From Idiomarina loihiensis L2TR (lineage in GTDB: Bacteria; Pseudomonadota; Gammaproteobacteria; Enterobacterales; Alteromonadaceae): a DNA stretch of 32,000 nt. Position numbers and translations under genes: made by a program. Of this stretch, positions 28,892 to 32,000 are shown in pieces (the first letter of the stretch is position 1; every line of letters starts with the position of its first letter). The notes beneath the pieces are model-generated. The model was not told where the DNA came from. It saw only the letters and a program-made list of their open reading frames with translations, and did no database searches. The DNA lies in assembly GCF_000008465.1 (NCBI RefSeq), contig NC_006512.1, positions 2,610,001-2,642,000 on the forward strand, written 5' to 3'.

Positions 28892-29923
28892 TTAAGCAGC
28901 AGTCATCCGGTAATCTTCTTTATTCTTTAACATCGCCCAGATTATCCGGGCGTGCTTGTTAGCCAGTGCCACCGCTGCAACGTTGTTGCCTCTGCGTTTA
29001 GCGACATCCTGTGCCCAGAGGCTCAGCCTGTCGTGGCGCTGTTGTGCCACCCGCAGTGCCGAGCGGGCGCCATGCACCAGCAGTGTCCTGAGTTTGGTGT
29101 TCCCTTTTTTGGTAATACCGCCTAAACGGTCTTTACCGCCACTGCTGTTTTGCCGTGGTACCAGTCCCAGGTATTCCGACAGGTTGCGGCCGCGTTTAAA
29201 TTCACTCACATCACCTATCAGTGCCAGCAGCGAGGTCGCTGTTATCGGTCCGATACCCGGCAGGGTCATCAGCCGCTGACTGTCTTCATTCCTTTCGGCC
29301 TGTGTCGCTAAGTGCTTATCCAGCGCTTTAACTTCTTCATCCACCGCTCGCAGCATCTGATAGAGCCGGTTGATGAGGTCCCGTGACTGAAGCGTCAGCG
29401 CATTGCTGTCGTCTTCCAGTACCTCCGGTACTCTCTGTAATATCGTACCGACTCGCTTCGGTAAAAGAATGCCGTATTCGGCCAGTTGCCCCCGCAACCT
29501 ATTCGAGAACTGCGTTCTCGTCTGCACGAAGCCTTCCCGCTGATTGACCATCAATGCTAAGTCCTGCTGCTCAATGCTTTTCAGCCTGACCGTCTGACGG
29601 TTGGGTCGTGATGCCGCCTCGGCTATTGCCCGGGCGTCATTCGCATCGTTCTTCTCACCCTGCAGGTACGCTTTGACGAAACGCGGTGGCAACGCCACCG
29701 TTTTATAACCCAGCTTTTCACATTCGCGGCGCCAGTAATGACTCATGCCGCAGGACTCAACCGCTACTTCACAGTCATCCGTACGGCTCAGCGTCGCCAG
29801 CTTCGCTAACACTTTATTGCTGCGCAGTTTTTTATTAAAAACTTCCTGCTCATTTTCATCCAGCGCCAAAACCTGAATAAAATCCTTTGCCAAATCCAGG
29901 GCAATTCTGTTTACAATAGCCAT
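28892..29923 (-). CDS. IS110-family transposase/recombinase (N-terminal DEDD RuvC-like domain plus C-terminal Tnp domain)
   Basis: 343-aa ORF. DEDD-type motifs are IALDLAKD, VAVESCG and KNDANDARAIAEA. The C-terminal domain has LPGIGPITATSLLALIGD (HhH) and VPRQNSSGGKDRLGGITKKGN with the conserved Ser. An SD (GGAGAGG) lies 5 nt upstream of the ATG. Confidence 0.95.
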   Translation of the reverse strand: MAIVNRIALDLAKDFIQVLALDENEQEVFNKKLRSNKVLAKLATLSRTDDCEVAVESCGMSHYWRRECEKLGYKTVALPPRFVKAYLQGEKNDANDARAIAEAASRPNRQTVRLKSIEQQDLALMVNQREGFVQTRTQFSNRLRGQLAEYGILLPKRVGTILQRVPEVLEDDSNALTLQSRDLINRLYQMLRAVDEEVKALDKHLATQAERNEDSQRLMTLPGIGPITATSLLALIGDVSEFKRGRNLSEYLGLVPRQNSSGGKDRLGGITKKGNTKLRTLLVHGARSALRVAQQRHDRLSLWAQDVAKRRGNNVAAVALANKHARIIWAMLKNKEDYRMTAA

Positions 29924-29992
29924 TGGTCCTCTCCACTCCGTTCTATAGAATCTTCGAAACTCTATATTGGCACATTGCGATGCCGCTTAGGA

Positions 29993-30005
29993 GGGAGGGG
30001 ACCAT
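29993..30005. repeat. Subterminal inverted repeat copy 2, GGGAGGGGACCAT (4 nt from the 5'-arm end of the element)
   Basis: It is the perfect reverse complement of 28633-28645. Confidence 0.9.
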
Positions 30006-30033
30006 CTCATCAGGCTACGGCCACACGCACTGT

Positions 30034-30357
30034 TTAATCGTCCAACTCTTCATCGGTTGGAATAGGTAATCCCCGGGCTTCCAGCTCTTCGCGCACAGCT
30101 TTGGGGATTTTATTCGGGTTGGATTTTTGCAAGTCTTCATCTTCCGGCAGCGGCTGACCGGTAAAAGCGTGTAAAAACGCCTCACACAATAGTTCGCTGT
30201 TGGTAGCATGGCGCAGATTATTAATTTGGCGACGGGTTCGTTCATCGGTCAGTACTTTTAACACGCGCGTGGGTATTGAGACCGTAACTTTTTTCACCTG
30301 CTGACTCTTACGACCGTGTTCAGCATAAGGGTAAATATATTCGCCGTTCCATTTCAT
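30034..30357 (-). CDS. metJ: Methionine repressor MetJ
   Basis: From [29 protein letters not shown]...[26 protein letters not shown] the ORF is near-identical in pattern to E. coli MetJ. I trimmed the ORF-track TTG start (30429) to the homologous ATG at 30357. Confidence 0.93.
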   Translation of the reverse strand: MKWNGEYIYPYAEHGRKSQQVKKVTVSIPTRVLKVLTDERTRRQINNLRHATNSELLCEAFLHAFTGQPLPEDEDLQKSNPNKIPKAVREELEARGLPIPTDEELDD

Positions 30358-30434
30358 TGTTATTGTCCCGCTATATAACAAAACCACATAAGTTATAATG
30401 AATTGTACCCGAATGAACGACCCCGTCAAATTTT

Positions 30435-30450
30435 ATCCGTCTAGATGGCT
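30435..30450. promoter_or_regulatory. Two tandem MetJ boxes (ATCCGTCT AGATGGCT; 6/8 each to AGACGTCT) in the metJ/metL divergent region
   Basis: Read directly. A weaker third box (AAAAGTTG, 4/8) follows in register. Confidence 0.4.
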
Positions 30451-30531
30451 AAAAGTTGCTGACATTTGCCTGACAATATTTTAGCCTTAGTAGCAGTTAC
30501 CTAATTCAAGCGAGTAGTTAAGGAAGGCGGA

Positions 30532-32000
30532 ATGACAACAACTCAGCTCACAGAAGAGCAAAAGCAAGCCGTTGCCGACAGCGTTCAGGTGCATAAGTTT
30601 GGCGGCAGCAGTCTTGCTGATGCGTTCTGCTATCGCCGCGTTGCCCGAATTGTCACCGAGTACGCTGGTGCCAGCGACTTAGTCGTTGTTTCGGCAGCCG
30701 GAGATACAACCAACCGCATTCTTGCCATTATTAATGCTAAGGCGCAGCCAGGCGACACCGCCAGCATTCTGCTCGATCAATTAGAGAGTTTTCAGCAAGG
30801 GCTGATCACCGAATTATTAAGCGGTAATTTGCAGCAGCAACTTCTGCAACAGTCGCAACAAGACTTCGCTCGCTGGCGTCGTTGGTTAGCCTGCGACGAA
30901 ACCATTAGCCATAACGCAGAGTTACTCTCGTACGGCGAGCTCTGGTCTGCCCGTTTGTTATCAGCTTTACTGCAAAAGCAGGGTACCCGCGCCGACCACA
31001 TTGATGCCCGCGACTTTTTACTCGCCGCAGATGCTCCTGAACCCGTTATTCAGGTAGAACACTCGCGTGAAAAACTATTACAAAGAGTGGCTCCTCACTC
31101 GGGCACCCGCTTTATTGTTACCGGCTTTATTGCCCGCGGTTTACACGGCGAAAGTTTAACTCTGGGGCGTAACGGCAGTGACTATTCAGCAACCTTAGTA
31201 GGCAGTCTGCTGGATACACGTCAGGTTACTATCTGGAAAGACGTGGCCGGCGTTTACTCGGCAGACCCGCGCAAAGTTGAGCGCGTAGTCAGCTTACCCA
31301 CACTTGACTGGACCGAAGCCGAAGAACTGGCGCGTCTTGGCAGCCCGGTTCTGCACCCAAGAACCTTTCAGCCGGTCGACCGCCAGCGCATGGTCATTTC
31401 CGTTCGTTCCAGTTTAAAAGTAGAAAATCAGCAAACGCGTATTGGTCAGTTCCAAAATACCCAGCCCCGCGGAAAAGTCTTCACTTCGCTGTCTGAGGTG
31501 GTGTTGTTTAAGGTTGAACTGCACGACAAAGCCTTAGTAAAACGTCTGGATGAACTGGAATTAGAGCCACTGGTCAGCTGGACCGAGCCGGAAAATCATC
31601 AGCAGTATCTGGTGTTTCATCAAAACCACTTAGACTACCTGACCGGCTGGTTGGACAGTCTGGGCGCCGGTGACGCCATTACTCAAATTCGCGGCTATTC
31701 CATGCTGGCCATTGTCGGTAACCGCATTCAGGAAACCGACCAGTTCTCGACCTTTAAACTGCAACTTTCCGAACAAAAAGTGCGGCGCTTTGCCCTGACA
31801 CAAAATGGTGACTCTGCTGTTGCAATTCTGGAGCAGAAGCTTGATAACCGCTTGCTCAATCGTCTGCACAGTCAATTATTTAATTATCGTCGCAGCCTGG
31901 GCGTGCTGGTTATTGGTCGCGGCAACATTGGTACGGCCTGGCTGGAACTGTTCCGACAGCAGCGCGACCGCATTAACCAAGTGATGGACGTTCGGGTTAT
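30532..32000 (+). CDS. metL: Bifunctional aspartokinase II / homoserine dehydrogenase II, N-terminal ~489 aa (runs off the window)
   Basis: Manual translation from the ATG at 30532 (SD AAGGAAGG upstream) gives MTTTQLTEEQKQAVADSVQVHKFGGSSLADAFCYRRVARIV...VVVSAAGDTTN...ELWSARLLSALL...GRNGSDYSAT...VAGVYSADPRKV. This is collinear with E. coli MetL. The frame is open to the window end and is not in the ORF track because it lacks a stop. Confidence 0.93.
   Translation, partial: MTTTQLTEEQKQAVADSVQVHKFGGSSLADAFCYRRVARIVTEYAGASDLVVVSAAGDTTNRILAIINAKAQPGDTASILLDQLESFQQGLITELLSGNLQQQLLQQSQQDFARWRRWLACDETISHNAELLSYGELWSARLLSALLQKQGTRADHIDARDFLLAADAPEPVIQVEHSREKLLQRVAPHSGTRFIVTGFIARGLHGESLTLGRNGSDYSATLVGSLLDTRQVTIWKDVAGVYSADPRKVERVVSLPTLDWTEAEELARLGSPVLHPRTFQPVDRQRMVISVRSSLKVENQQTRIGQFQNTQPRGKVFTSLSEVVLFKVELHDKALVKRLDELELEPLVSWTEPENHQQYLVFHQNHLDYLTGWLDSLGAGDAITQIRGYSMLAIVGNRIQETDQFSTFKLQLSEQKVRRFALTQNGDSAVAILEQKLDNRLLNRLHSQLFNYRRSLGVLVIGRGNIGTAWLELFRQQRDRINQVMDVRV

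Larger units (their letters stand above)
28597..30009 (-). mobile_element. IS110-family (IS1111-like) insertion sequence, ~1.41 kb: one DEDD recombinase gene, an 86-nt 5' arm and a 295-nt 3' arm
   Basis: The flanks 28579-28596 and 30010-30021 rejoin into a perfect palindrome. TCAGG occurs at both junctions (28597-28601 and 30010-30014), so each end is ambiguous by 5 nt. There are 13-bp subterminal inverted repeats and no classical terminal IRs or long direct repeats, as expected for this family. Confidence 0.8.

Noticed and set aside
30358-30429. TTG-initiated 24-aa extension of metJ, and the out-of-frame 76-aa ORF at 30015-30245
   Set aside because: MetJ homology starts at MKWNGEY (30357). 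The 76-aa ORF is an alternative frame of metJ with no features of its own.

Overview
Chromosomal window from a gammaproteobacterium, about 47-48% GC by eye. The protein sequences look like a marine Alteromonadales-type organism, but this is unverified. I support 31 protein genes, two of which are cut by the window edges and are absent from the ORF track. Gene order matches known E. coli neighbourhoods: glnL-glnA/typA, yihY-dtd-yiiD, and rraA-hslUV-ftsN-priA-rpmE-metJ/metL. Inserted among these are a complete histidine-utilisation locus (hutC-hutU-hutH, hutI, hutG), argS, a GGDEF/EAL signalling protein, a short malic enzyme and several small or uncharacterised genes. I found no rRNA, tRNA or CRISPR. 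Readable regulatory sites are a sigma-54 promoter with NtrC palindromes at glnA, an NtrC palindrome in front of glnL, a HutC-type operator, a sigma-32-like hslVU promoter, MetJ boxes and three intrinsic terminators. The one accessory element is a ~1.41 kb IS110-family (IS1111-like) insertion sequence at 28597-30009, between the convergent malic-enzyme and metJ genes. It has split a perfect 12-bp-stem palindrome and has TCAGG at both junctions. Its non-coding arms are asymmetric: 86 nt lie 5' of the DEDD recombinase gene and 295 nt lie 3' of it. The 3' arm carries an extended -10 promoter and stem/internal-loop/hairpin modules whose unpaired segments copy the insertion site. It also holds one copy of the element's 13-bp subterminal inverted repeat. 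I read this arm as a candidate recombinase guide RNA of the bridge RNA / seekRNA type. It is the main item worth following up. All structure and motif calls were made by eye, without folding or database searches.
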